Part shown: in pieces, positions 51,659 through 64,000 of the stretch
How the letters are laid out: each line of letters begins with the position of its first letter
Numbering within the stretch: position 1 is the first letter of the stretch
Assembly (NCBI GenBank): GCA_021613535.1
Contig: CP075497.1
Coordinates: 682,001-746,000 of the forward strand
Reading direction: 5' to 3'
Source of the DNA: Adineta vaga
Lineage: Eukaryota > Animalia > Rotifera
DNA length: 64,000 nt
Made by a program: the position numbers and the translations under genes
The notes under the pieces: generated by a model
The model's database searches: none
Told to the model about the DNA's origin: nothing
What the model saw: the letters and a program-made list of their open reading frames with translations, nothing else

Positions 51659-53209
51659 TTTTGCTTTCACAGTAAGATAGAAACAGAAGATGGTTTGTAA
51701 TAATGAATATTAGTAGTGAATTCATCTCACTATATATACTCATAGAGAACACACAAATGATCAAGAAAAAAAAACAAGCTGAGCGACATCGTACTTTGTA
51801 AAAAAAGAAAAGAGTGAACGACAAAGTACTATGTAGAAAAGAAGAAAGTCAACGTAGTCGTACTCGACAGAAAAGAAAAAGAGTGACATCACATGTGATA
51901 AAAACGAAGCGAATAATTTACGTTCTGTATGTTTATTGAAAGTATAGCAGTGTATTCAAGAGGTAATAAAGTAAAAGTTTGTTTTAACTTTCATGTGTCA
52001 ACTTGAAGGGCTTTGGGTGTTGGTCTGGATGGGTGCAAGTCAGTGTCTCTATCTCCTCTTCTTTCACACGCAAACACACCACTCACACCCACACCCACAC
52101 CCGCACCCGCTCACATACGAAACCAAAAAACGATTTCGAATTCGTTGCAAAGTGCGGAATCCTTTTTTGGTTTCGTATAAAATCTTTTTTTGTTTCCGGT
52201 GTAGCCGTTCCCAAATATGGTTGATTTTTCAGAAACTGTTATCATTCGGAACTCGTCATCTAAAGAGAACCATTTTAGTTGTTTAGAAAATTCGTCTAAC
52301 TCTTTTCACAGTCATGTCGATGATTCATTTTGAAAAAAAGCTTTAATATAAATAACTGGTCGTTCATCGGCCTCTCTCCGATCGGCCACTCACGACCAGT
52401 CATTTCTACGTCTAACTTCAGCATATCGGTCCCTCTTGTCCAATTTTGAAAAGAATAATTGAACTTAGCTTCGACATTATTTCTATAGTTTCTGGTTTTT
52501 TATCAACTTGCGCTTTTTGAAAAAAAAATTGGAGAGAAAACGACTTCTTGGATATCTATGCATAGAATAGATTATACGGCGACACTTCAAGGATCGTTGT
52601 CTTTCTTGAATTTTATCACGATATTAATCAAGAAGAAGAGTCAATCAAAACCTATGCACTCACTTTTTCTTCCATGTTTCCATCTAAATTCATAGAGTTA
52701 GATTCGATATCAAATTCTTTTTTTTCATCGTACAATGTCGATCTCAAAAACCATAAAGACAAAAGAAGGTAGAAGGAAAAAAACTAATATCTCTGTATAT
52801 GCCCATGTCAAATACATTTCGCAGAAGAGAAACCTTCTCTCCATTTTAACTGTTTCAACGAGATGAAAATGGCATCTTTTGATTCAAAATACGATCTTCT
52901 ACCTAATGACCAATTCCACAGTTCTACATTTATGAAACGAGAAGATTTGAGCATGAAAATCAATCTTATCCTATTTTCCTGATGTATTCCGTATATATAA
53001 TTTTATCGCATACAAGATTCACTTGAAAAACAACCTTTGTATTAGATAAATTTACGAACCTAAATACTATATGTTCGAATCCATAGTAAGATGAAGTGTA
53101 CCGTTAACGAACTCAAAATGGAAAACCGATTGTCGCATAAAAGGAAATGCAGCAGAGAACTTATGTATCTTTAAAGTTTCTACGAAGACTGAATAGTACC
53201 CTCTCTAGT

Positions 53210-53605
53210 ATGAAAGTTTCAAATTTCCACGTATAGTGAATAAGCCACTAATAGTTACACCTTTATATGGAGAAAAATAGTCAGCAGATATTAGATATAA
53301 GATATTTAGTTTTAGCTGAAGATGCTGAAGCGATAACGATGGGTGAGTGTTACTGCTTTAAATGGTGTTCTTCAATGATGTTTGTCATGCATAGAATTGT
53401 TATCACTTCAAAATCTTCAGCGAAAAGTAAATATCTAATATTTAAGATATGAAAGAACTTGAGGAAAACACTGAGTCTTCCTAATAGATGACAATTTTCG
53501 AACATCTCTCAACGCAAGTAAACTCTCAGTTAGAATATGAAATTTTGAAAATTTTTACATAGAGTATTTGAAAACTGGTAACTATTTGAGATTCTCCACT
53601 CCATG
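53210..53605. repeat. 396-bp partial copy of the MITE at 57475-58115
   Basis: Direct repeat of 57723-58118 with about 3 substitutions. Confidence 0.9.
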
Positions 53606-54484
53606 CAAACAATAAGATTAATGAACCTAGCAGAAATTTGATGAAGAAATGTAGTCTTCGTGTTCTAAATAAGAATAGATATCGAATGTTTTTATATTCT
53701 ATTTGATATCTAAATATACAAACTTGACACTTTCTACAGAAATATTTGTATCTTTCATTGCATCAACTTGATTAATTTGTGGTTCATTCTCAATTACATT
53801 ATCAGCTGGACTTGGAATAGTCAGTGCCATGGTATAAATTTCTCTTTGAATTTGGAATTGAAACGACGAATATGCTTTGTTCATTTACTTCTTCATATCG
53901 GATTTTATAGGGATCGTTTCAACTAGAACGTAATTTCGTAAGAATAACATTTCAATAAACAATTATCTTTAAATTTTTTGAATCACCATGACAAAGAAGA
54001 TGTGTTTATGCAAGAAAAAGAAAATTTTCTTGAGGTATTGCGTTTTTCTCATGATGTTTTTGATACACCAGTTTCCACTTGACACAAAAGTAGAAAAACA
54101 ATATTCTGAGAGCAAATTAGTGCATTTAATCCTACATTTCGATTGTTTCTACAATACGTCATTCAAAATGAAAATTGTCCTTCAGAACATAAAATGACAT
54201 TAGAGATTTTTATTCATGACGAATAACAAACAAAGAATAGAGCTAATTTTTTTTCATATACATAGTTATCTATCAGCTTCTGTGAAAGCATCAAATATGT
54301 TTTCTCTCTCGTAGTTCATTAACATTCACATGCCTTGAATAGTAGAGAATGATCATCATCATGTTGATTAATTTATGATTAAAGCATCTGAATGCTAACT
54401 ACGCATAGTTCAGTTCGATAGGAGATTGCTGGATGATTGAGAGATCTCAGCATAAAATAAACAAGAGTTATTACTAATCGAATT

Positions 54485-56516
54485 CTATAGTAACCGAAAG
54501 TTTATGTTTCTTGAGTTTATAAAAAAAATGATCAAAACAATACCGAATTTCAAAATGAAATGAGTTAATTCTATACTCGTAGCTGTATTGATCACTGTTG
54601 CATCTGTTTTCTCTGCGTCCCAAATATTATCAGTTCCAAAATATTGTAATGCAATTTGTTTTGTTCTCATTGTTGTTCCAGCAAAATCTATTTCACTGAT
54701 TTTATTTAAACATGAACGATTCGGTTCAAATGTTTCTGATAATATAAATGATATAGCTAGATTCCAACCACAATTACCTTCTGCATCAATCATTGGCGAT
54801 GCATCTAGAAAATGTTCGATTCGATATGTTTGCTTTTTGTTCGGAAAAAGAACTACCTATAGGAGTATGACCAGTTCGTGGCAATTCGATATAAGTTAGA
54901 TTAGAATTTATAAGTGAATATTCTTTTACAAAATGTCGAGAAATTGGAACAGGTAAGAATTGATCCATATCACCTAAAACAGATCAAATGTGAATATTTA
55001 TTGTCTCTGAAATTTGATTCGTTAGTTATTTATTTGTGCAAGATTACCATGTAGTAATAAAACAGGTAATTTTGTCTTTTTTGTTGGATATTTTCGATAA
55101 TATTGATCAGTTGGATATCCCAATTGTCCAGTTTGTTGAATTGGACAAAAAGTATTTGGCACAAGATTTGACGCAAATGTATTCATTGAGATTCCTTTTA
55201 AATATTCACAAGAAGGATTTGTTTCTTTTGGATCTAATAGTGCCCATAATTCTGCTAAATCATTATTTATTTCAACTAAAGTTGAGGATCCTTTTGCTCC
55301 ATCTTCGTTCGATGAGTGTGTCACATTTAGAAAATGTTTTAAAACCTTCTGGTCTTCTTTATTACATCGATTTATTCGAAAGATCAATGCAGGTAATAAT
55401 TGCATCATTTGTGGGTAGAATATAGATGATATCTAAACAAATTAAATCAGATTTTTCGGTTAATTCTTTCTTTTTTACTTTATTTGCAAGTTCAACCGTA
55501 TTTGTATTTAATAAATAAAGACAAGAGGATTGATCAAAGAAATCTTCATTCATTTTGTAAATATACAAAGAACGTAAAGGATTTTCATTTTCGAAATATT
55601 TCGCACAACCTTGTCGATCTTGTGAACAACGTGTAAATAAATCTAAGAACATATAATTTAAATATCTATCGCCATGAGTAAATCCAGTAAAATCAGTTGG
55701 TAAAATAGAATCGAGTATAACTCCATCAACTTGTTCAGAATCTTGTGTAACACTAAGATATCGTTGTACAAGATACGTTCCTTGACTTGATGCCATTAGA
55801 ATAACTCGTTGATTTGATTTAATATTTTCACGATTTTTACCTCGAATCACATTGAGGACATATTCTAAATCATGTGCAGTATTTGTATACGTATTTTGTT
55901 GTAAACGATATCGATTTGTTTGAATAAATGGTAAACAAGCTGTAAAGTTTTTAATAATCGATGTTGGACATTCTAATAAACTACTTTGACCAACACCACG
56001 TTTATCTGTCATATAAATTGAAACAGAACCATTCAATGCACCAACAACACTTATTGCTTCGAATTCTAATGTAGAAATTGGAATACCACCACCACCTATA
56101 CATGAAAATTCAATTAATATTTCACAGAAGATTAGGAGAAGATCAAACCTGGAATTCGCCATAAATGATGAGATGTATTTTGATATCCAGATAGATAATA
56201 ACGTTTAACAAAGATTTCAATTGTTTCAGTACAATTAGTAAGATTTGTTGAATTCCAATTGATAGGAACAGTTAAACGTATACATTCAGCATTGATATTA
56301 TTGACTGTTAATGTCTAGAAAATCATTTAAAGAAAAATTCATATGCATGAATAAAATCGATCGACATACTCCATTAGAAAGAACTGAGCAACTTGACCAA
56401 TTTGGTTTTACTATTGGCCATGCATTCAATGGAGTACATGTTTGACAATCAATATGTGATGATAAAATACAAAATAGAAATAACAAATATTTTGTAAAAA
56501 TAATACAATTCATCAT
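54485..56516 (-). CDS. Secreted/membrane-anchored alpha/beta hydrolase (S33/TAP-like peptidase), multi-exon
   Basis: Signal peptide, GGGG loop, DKRGVGQS, ASSQG nucleophile elbow, VILDS, LLLHGD, PRTGH; hydrophobic C-terminus. Confidence 0.8.
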
Positions 56517-56974
56517 TATTATAGCATTTATTTTATTCTATTTCATACAATATTTGTTGGTTCTTTCACTAATAGAAATATATATATATATATAGGAACT
56601 ATAAGTTTGTTATACTTGTGTGTATGTTGTCAATGATGAATAATAGATAAAACAAATCCTTCTCTAAATATTATTGTGGACTAACAGAATTTGATAACAT
56701 ATATGAAGAAAGAAAATATTTAAAGATAAGATTAGCTTCTTTCATAGGTACTTTTCGTTTGAAATAGAGCAAATTTTAAAGTTCATGAAAAGCTTTACTT
56801 GATAATCGTAATATAAAAACAATTGCTATCGACTCTGCAATGAGTATCTGATGTGTAACACAAATAGCATCAATAGTAGAGATATTTTCATTTAACGTTT
56901 TCAAATTTTATTCGTTTTTATGCGAGTAAGAAAAAAAGAAAGAAACTGTTAAGTCTGCTAATGCTATGGTTTCT

Positions 56975-57417
56975 TAACCAGAAGATGTTCCAGTAATAGT
57001 ATTAAAGGTTAATGTAGTATTATAAGAGACAGCATTGGCTACATTGTATGAATAAGTCATCGATGATCCCGTTGATGATTCTGTATTGATTAAAATGAAA
57101 AAGAAATATGTGACAATATTTGGTTAATTTTCATTGAGTATAATTTGAAAATTATAATATTGTATTGATGAACTGAAATGACTTTCATAAAATTCGAATG
57201 TTGTTATTTGATTCGGTGCTGTTCCAGTAATTGCATACACAGGAATCGCACCAGCAAGAGAAAATGCAGAACGTGTACTACAGACACCAGCTTAACAACT
57301 TGTATAGTTTGAAGAACAAACATAACCAACCGTTCCACAGTTATTGAAATCAATTTGTGAATTCACACATGTAGATAATGGTGTGAGTGTACAACCAGTT
57401 GCACAAGTAATAGTGGC
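56975..57417 (-). pseudogene. Fragment with a STIG1-like Cys motif and in-frame stops
   Basis: CVNSQIDFNNCGTVGYVCSSNYTSC*AGVC. Confidence 0.45.
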
Positions 57418-57474
57418 TAGAAGGGGAGATTTCTAATAAACAAAACATTTTCATACGATTACAACAAACAATGA

Positions 57475-58115
57475 GGAGGTGGAGAATCTCAAACTGTTAC
57501 GAGTTTTCGCGAACAGCCTTATATTTGATATTTCACATCGTGCTAGAAATCACTCATTTAGCTTGTTTGTTGAAAACTGTCGTCGAAGATCGTATAGTTT
57601 AGATATTTACATTTCCATGAAAATTTTCCATTTCAATTGTTAAGCGAATAAATCGATGATAGTTGTCTATCTATACGTCTGAGAATTTAGTAGATATCCA
57701 GATATCAAATATTTACTTTTGCATGAAAGTTTCAAATTTCCACGTATAGTGAATAAGCCACTAATAGTTACACCTTTATATGGAGAAAAATAGTCAGCAG
57801 ATATTAGATATAAGATATTTAGTTTGAGCTGAAGATGCTGAAGCGATAACGATTGGTGAGTGTTACTGCTTTAAATGGTGTTCTTCAATGATGTTTGTCA
57901 TGCACAGAATTGTTATCACTTCAAAATCTTCAGCGAAAAGTAAATATCTAATATTTAAGATATGAAAGAACTTGAGGAAAACACTGAGTCTTCCTAATAG
58001 ATGACAATTTTCGAACATCTCTCAACGCAAGTAAACTCTCAGTTAGAATATGAAATTTTGAAAATTTTTACATAGAGTATTTGAAAACTGGTAACTATTT
58101 GAGATTCTCCACTCC
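57475..58115. mobile_element. MITE with ~33-bp imperfect TIRs and a 4-bp TSD (ATGA)
   Basis: ggaggtggagaatctcaaactgttacgagttttc vs the reverse complement of gaaaactggtaactatttgagattctccactcc; atga at 57471-57474 and 58116-58119. Confidence 0.75.
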
Positions 58116-58737
58116 ATGAAGGAAAAGGTTTTTGAGAATATCATAATACCAGTAGTTTTGTTTACTTTTGTTTGATTTCGTTTGTTATCTGTTCGAATTA
58201 AATAATGTCACAATTGTCGTATAGTTCAGTTGACTCTATAGATGATTAGTAATCAATTGAAAATGTTTGTTGATTACATAAATTAGTTACTCTTCTTATT
58301 TTTCTTGTCATTGTGTTCAATCAATTGCTGCGAACTATATCAGCGTCTGAGATAGATCTGGATTTGTTTTCTGTAATATATAACTGAGAATACACTTCAG
58401 CAAAACAAATAAGAAATATACTGAAGTTTTCTAATTTTATATTTGAATACATCTTTGTAATTAGAGCATCATTTTTCAAGATCGCTTTATGTGATTAAAC
58501 CTATTTTTGAAAAGTAGACTACACATACATATTCTCTTAAGCCATATATGGATGCAGACTGATATGTTCACAAGATATTTTATCATTGAAATTTACAGTA
58601 TATTAAAAAGCCTATAGATTGCGACATCTAGTATTTCAAATAATGTCCACATTTAAAACGAATCATGAATCACATCTTACAGAAATTCTTGTTGGATTTT
58701 TTGTTTTGCGAACTAAGTAGTAATCATTTACATTGAG

Positions 58738-59397
58738 ATGACTTTAGAATATGATCAAACTGGAGAAAATTTTCTCTATTTTATTCTTCCGGTTTATACA
58801 TTCATTCTCACATCTGTCACATATTGGTTATTCTATTGCAGAGGAGATGAAAATCAAGTCATATCAAATCATGCAGATTCTTCATTTACGTTTGTCTCAG
58901 ATGATAATGGATATCGGATAGTAGATGCTGCCAATAAACCTCATCGAAAACGACAATCAACACTAACATGAATTGGTTTAGTTTTTGCATGGATTCTTCT
59001 GTTCTTTCTTGTTTATTATGTACTTTCAATGGACACATCTGTGTATGAAGAATATGATCCATTTGCAGCATTGAATATTGATCGAGACGCTTCGTTCAAT
59101 GAAATAAAACGAGCATATCATGAACTAAGTAAAACACATCATCCTGATCGTGGAGGTGATCCAGAAAAATTTAAACAAATAGCTAAGGCATATAAAACAC
59201 TTACGGATAAGGAAGCTCAAGAAAATTGGAGAAAGTATGGAAATCCCGATGGACAAAGAATATTTCGTGTAGGCTTTGCTATACCTCAATGGTTTATTGA
59301 TCGTGAAAATTCGATGTTTATTTTATTAGCTTATACTGGTTTCTTGGTGATTGTAATTCCAATTTTTCTTATTTGTTTTATAAAATATGATTCATGA
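58738..59397 (+). pseudogene. Truncated intronless SEC63-like gene (3 TM + J domain) with one in-frame TGA
   Basis: LEYDQTGENFLYF, YDPF...HHPDRGGD...AYKTLTD...NWRKYGNPDG...FAIPQW; the two track ORFs share a frame and are separated only by TGA at 58969-58971. Confidence 0.8.
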
Positions 59398-59734
59398 TTT
59401 TTTGTCTTGAATGTTGTTGAAAACAATGATTCACTTCATTGTATATGTAACTATTGAGAAGAAAGAAAAGAAAAAAACTATCACTGTATTTGTCGTTCTC
59501 ATTTTATGATAAGTTTTACCTACAACTACCTTTTTATCTAAAAACACGAGATAAATATTGCATAAAGAGAGTATAAGAATTCTTTGTTCCAACATATTAA
59601 CTTGGATTTTGTATAAGATATGATTTATTAGTTTCGATCTTACAATTTTGTAAATTAATTTATTCTCCTTGAAAAAAAAACGACACATCATCTATTGTTC
59701 TTCCAAATGTTTTTTTCTTGTTCATAGACTAAAT

Positions 59735-61506
59735 ATGTCTGAATTAGATTCAAATAGAGTTACAAAAAACGAACAAACGGAAATAATAGTACGTATGTTT
59801 ATTAGAGCTTTTTTTTTTGGGATAATAAATTTTATTTGAATGATGTTCTATTTAGGATAGTGATGAAGACGACGAACACATGGATTATAATCAGTGTAAG
59901 TATAATTTCTTGAATTTTTTAAAATAAAAGAAAATAAAAATCAATTTTGAAGTTCTTTTTGCAGATGACTCTGAACAACTTCTTCCTTCTTATCCTCTAT
60001 TTTTCATGGGCTCTCTTAAAGATGCATGTCAAACAGCTTTCAAACCAAATACAATTGAAGACGTTTGTTCATACATTCATTTTTCTTCTTCTTAAACCTT
60101 TCTTTTTTTAAAATATTTCAGCGTCTTTCAGTACTTGTTTACATATATCATGATGATAGTCAATTTAGAGAGGAATTCTGTAGGATTATGTTTTATTCAA
60201 ATATAATTATCCAATATTTAAACATGAACTATATTGTCTGTCCATATAATATTACTTACAAATCCGAAAGACAAACGTAAATTATTTTTTATTCATTTGA
60301 TTAATAATAAATCTGAATTTTTAATTAAGATTAACGAATATTTGGGAAGAAATGTTTTCTACTCGATTATTTGACGAATTTTCCATTGAAGAATGCCCTT
60401 TACTCATTGGAATTATGCGATTATGTGAATATAATTCAAAAAATGGAATAATAACATCAGAATATCAATTCAAAGGATTAACCAAAGGCAATACTTTGAT
60501 ACGTACTGGACTAAAAATTGATCATGGAAATCTCTTGTATGAATTGAATCGTTTCAAAGAAGAATGTTATAATAACGAAAAACATTTGGTAAATATTTTT
60601 GATAAAATTTATTTTATAAAAAAAAATTCTTTATTTTAGACATTCAATTTTGTTAAGAAGACTCGTCTTTCTTGGGAACTTATACTTGAAATAGCTGAAT
60701 ATCTTTCAATTAGTGATATAATTAATACATTTTCTATAGATATATTTACTTTATTAGATGAAAACACTTATAAAATGAAACTACTCAATCCTTATGATCC
60801 ATTGATTAGAATAATTCTTCGAGAAATAAAAATAAAACAAATAACTTCACTACAAATCAATGCAAATCGATTACAATCAAAAAATGAATTAAATTTCTTA
60901 TCAAACTTTCAAACAATTAGATCAATAACACTTTATAATTTGTCATATTCTATTAGAATCAATCAATATACGATATATTTACCTGCATTGATTCGTCTTT
61001 GTCTTTACTATGATGATAAAGTTAATTATCGAGAATTAATTCAACAACTAATATATTTTCCACAACAAATCAAACAATTTGAAATTCATTGTGCAGGAAC
61101 ATTTTCCGATCATGTTGCTGTCAAGGATTTAAATTCTGAGTATAGTTTCACAACGTCAATTGAATATTTTTTACTTAATATTAGTCGATATCCTTTAGTA
61201 TCGACCAAAAACTACTTTCAAGATTATAAATCATGGTTTAACATATCAATATCTAGTTTCATGAAAAACATGACAAAGATTCGTTACTTTCATATAATCT
61301 GTAACAAATATAATATTGAATGTTTTTTGGATAATGATCCATGGAAATATCCGCTACATAAATGTACACAATTGACAAAAATAGTATTTAAAATTGTGAA
61401 AAATACGTATGAAAATGAACAATGGTTAACAAAGAAAGTATTGGAAATACAATCATTATTACGTAATATAAAACAAACAATTAGATTTGAATTAATTTTC
61501 ATTTAA
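59735..61506 (+). CDS. UAS (FAF1-like thioredoxin-fold) domain plus F-box-like/LRR-like region, multi-exon
   Basis: PLFFMGSLKDACQTAF...VLVYIYHDDS...IIQYLNMNYIV; LSWELILEIAEYLSISDII F-box-like; short introns. Confidence 0.65.
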
Positions 61507-62478
61507 TTGAAAATGTTTTTTCAATAAATTATAAAAATAATTTCATAATTTATTTCGATGTTGGTAACATCGTACGGGACGTTTGAATTCTGCATAATCA
61601 ATTGTATATTAATAAAAGGAGATAGAATGTGTACAAAACACGAAAAAGTATCATCAAAACAAAAGAGGAACAAACTGATTTCTAGACAGAATTCAGCCAC
61701 ACCTACACCCTTAATAATAAAAACAAAACGGAAATTTATATTTCCAATCAGCGAATAATGTCTCTTTTAATTGTGCCACACTATTGACAACTAATTGACC
61801 AAGAACATCACCAACTATGCTGCTCCAATCCAATATATGGCTAGAGCAGTGGGTGGGTGTGGGTGATGGTTAAGAGTATAGCCTGATCCACACCCACACC
61901 CTATTATGCGTTGTGTATACTTTTTCAAGGTGTGTTTTTAAAATCTCATTTTCTTTTTTCTATTAAACATTGTAATAACCAACACTTCCTTCATTGAAAA
62001 ATATCATTAAACAACTTGAAACTTTATATCATATACTTCTTCCTACTTTCCTTGTAGGCAAAATGAATATAAGCCAGTCATGATATAGTATGAAATAATT
62101 AACACAATTTGTAGCAACAAAAAAAAATCATTTTTCTGTTTCTATAGTTTTTATTTCAACTCTCTTCCCTCTTTTCTGCTATCCTTTCACTGTAAACTAC
62201 TTGAGGGTGCGGAATATACAGTAGAAACTATCAACTGCAATACTATAGTAAGATAGTTTTTGTTTGAATTTTTACACATATAGCCATTCATCACCAAAAT
62301 TTAACCATGAAATATATTCACTTTTATTGAGATTTAGATAATTGTTAGATATCAATTATTTTTCTACTTTTTTTTAATCATATTTTAAGGTAATTCGTGT
62401 TCATATTCAAATCAATTAGTGTTGGAAAGGATACTAAAAGCGCACGAATAAACCCAATTCTTCTTGATAATCATAAAA

Positions 62479-64000
62479 ATGAGGGTTAAATATTTCCTTC
62501 AATGGTTTTCCAATCGAATACACAATTACAATCTATTTCTTACTGATGAAGACGATTATGAAGATGAAAACGATGAACAAATCAATCAAACAGACATTAT
62601 CAAGCATCAAAAATATGCCACTCGTTTATATGTACCTCTTCTCATAGGTTAGTAGACTCATATTGACAATACAGACTATTCTAAGTTAATGATCCTTATC
62701 ATTATACTTCACGTATTCAAATTCAACAAGAAAAATGAAGAGAGTTTGAAATGCAGTTGTAGATAGTTTTCATTATAGCTGGTTTTGATTAGAATCAGAT
62801 TATCAAATTTTCTGGTAGAAAATTTTTTATATTTTGTTTACTTTTCTAGCAATTTTGTATATTCTCTTCTTTATTGCTATGCTGAATCCAGAATCTGAAA
62901 CAATCACTATTTCCAGTATTACACCAGATCTTTTCGATGAACTTCAACTCAAATATGGTGAAACACTTTCATGTCCTTGTACAAGAGTTGCCGTACCGTA
63001 TAAAGACTTTGTTTCTATAAAAACGTCATTTCATCCAATATGTTCAAGTATTTTTATTGACAAAAAATGGATTAAAGCACTTTATTTGTCCTACGCAAGT
63101 GCATATTTAGTAATGGATTTTCGAACGACCGCTAGTTCTCAAGTCAGTAAAATTTTCTCTTAATCATTAATATTCTATTATATTAGAGATTTATTGTATA
63201 CTCATTTTTCAATAAACACCTTCATTTACACCCAATTATATTTGCGAACAAATAACGCTCGTTGTGTCAACCCACTCAATCCTTGACTGCGAAGGATATG
63301 TATTTTCTCTTGCCCCAATAGTGAAACGAATTGATCTAGGAACTTTACATACGAGGAAACGGTTGAAATGTTTTTGCTCAAATATTTCTTAACTTTCGAA
63401 AACAAAATACTCAATTTCTCTTATAAAATAAGTTTCACCCACCACCCAGGTCCACATCTCGACCTATAATCCTGTTTACAGTCGAGGGAATATCAAAATC
63501 GTCTTCCTTTCAATTTAGTTTGAACTTCTTGCGGCTCTTTGTTCAATCTGTCGAGATACAATTGTTCAAGTCTTAACAGATCTTGACAATAATCAGATTA
63601 TCACCAAAGAAATTCTTCAAGAAAATGAAATTCAAGCTCATATAAATAGAAGTGTTCAGATGGCTAACACTAGTACATCCGTTCAAATCAACTTACCATT
63701 GCATTTTATTCAAATAATCACTCAAGCCAACGTTTTAATCTCTGCTTTAAATACAAATATAAAAGTTGAATTATGGACGGTTCTGCGCCCACCCCTTCTA
63801 TACTCGAAACCTACATCCTATAATGGAAACACTAATTTTCGGCCCAATTCTGTATCCTGCCATCTTAAATCCTCAATAGCTCCAGCTGGTTTTTATTCAG
63901 GATCACAATATGAAAGCTCAAACTATCATCAGTATTGGCCAAATGGTGAATTTATTTTTCGACCGAATGCTTCTGACATGGCGGTTGGATTCTTTGGAGG
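62479..64000 (+). CDS. Bdelloid-type multi-exon transmembrane protein of unknown function (runs off the window)
   Basis: YATRLYVPLLI-TM...LSCPC...FHPICSSIF...DFRTTASSQ|FELLAALC; exons at ~62479-62647, 62850-63142 and 63519 onward. Confidence 0.65.

Noticed and set aside
53211-58116. The 396-bp direct repeats as LTRs (they can be read TG...CA)
   Set aside because: No PBS, PPT, TSD or retroviral ORFs; the right copy is explained as part of a TIR MITE.
58969-58971. In-frame TGA as selenocysteine
   Set aside because: It is not at a redox Cys position, and no SECIS was recognised; a TGG to TGA mutation is simpler.

Overview
AT-rich eukaryotic DNA with many ~50-60 bp GT-AG introns, most likely from a bdelloid rotifer (Adineta/Rotaria-like; inferred from the NHL, Kelch, F-box and LRR gene families, HGT-type enzymes and TGTGGG/TGAGGG telomere-type motifs). 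The first ~19 kb is a pile of transposons. It holds foldback MITEs, a piggyBac-type MITE (TTAA TSD), a young full-length Ty3/Gypsy LTR retrotransposon (3546-12058; gag, -1 frameshifted pol, and an SGNH/GDSL-hydrolase ORF3 in the env position), a hAT MITE, a DINE/Helentron-like element and a 4-kb MULE/NOF-like element with apparently perfect 428-bp TIRs. The rest is gene-rich with a defence/detoxification flavour: ankyrin-ADP-ribosyltransferase and TIR-domain pseudogenes, Kelch and NHL propellers, a glyoxalase-like gene, F-box genes, a ~31-exon LRR gene, a nuclear receptor, an aldo-keto reductase, an S33-like hydrolase and a truncated SEC63-like gene. Two observations stand out. (1) A 3-exon gene, fragmented in the ORF track, encodes a big-defensin-type precursor whose beta-defensin exon is replaced by a different 6-Cys domain. 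(2) About 11 dispersed head-to-head telomere-repeat mini-hairpins occur, some at transposon truncation points. All calls were made by eye without database searches.
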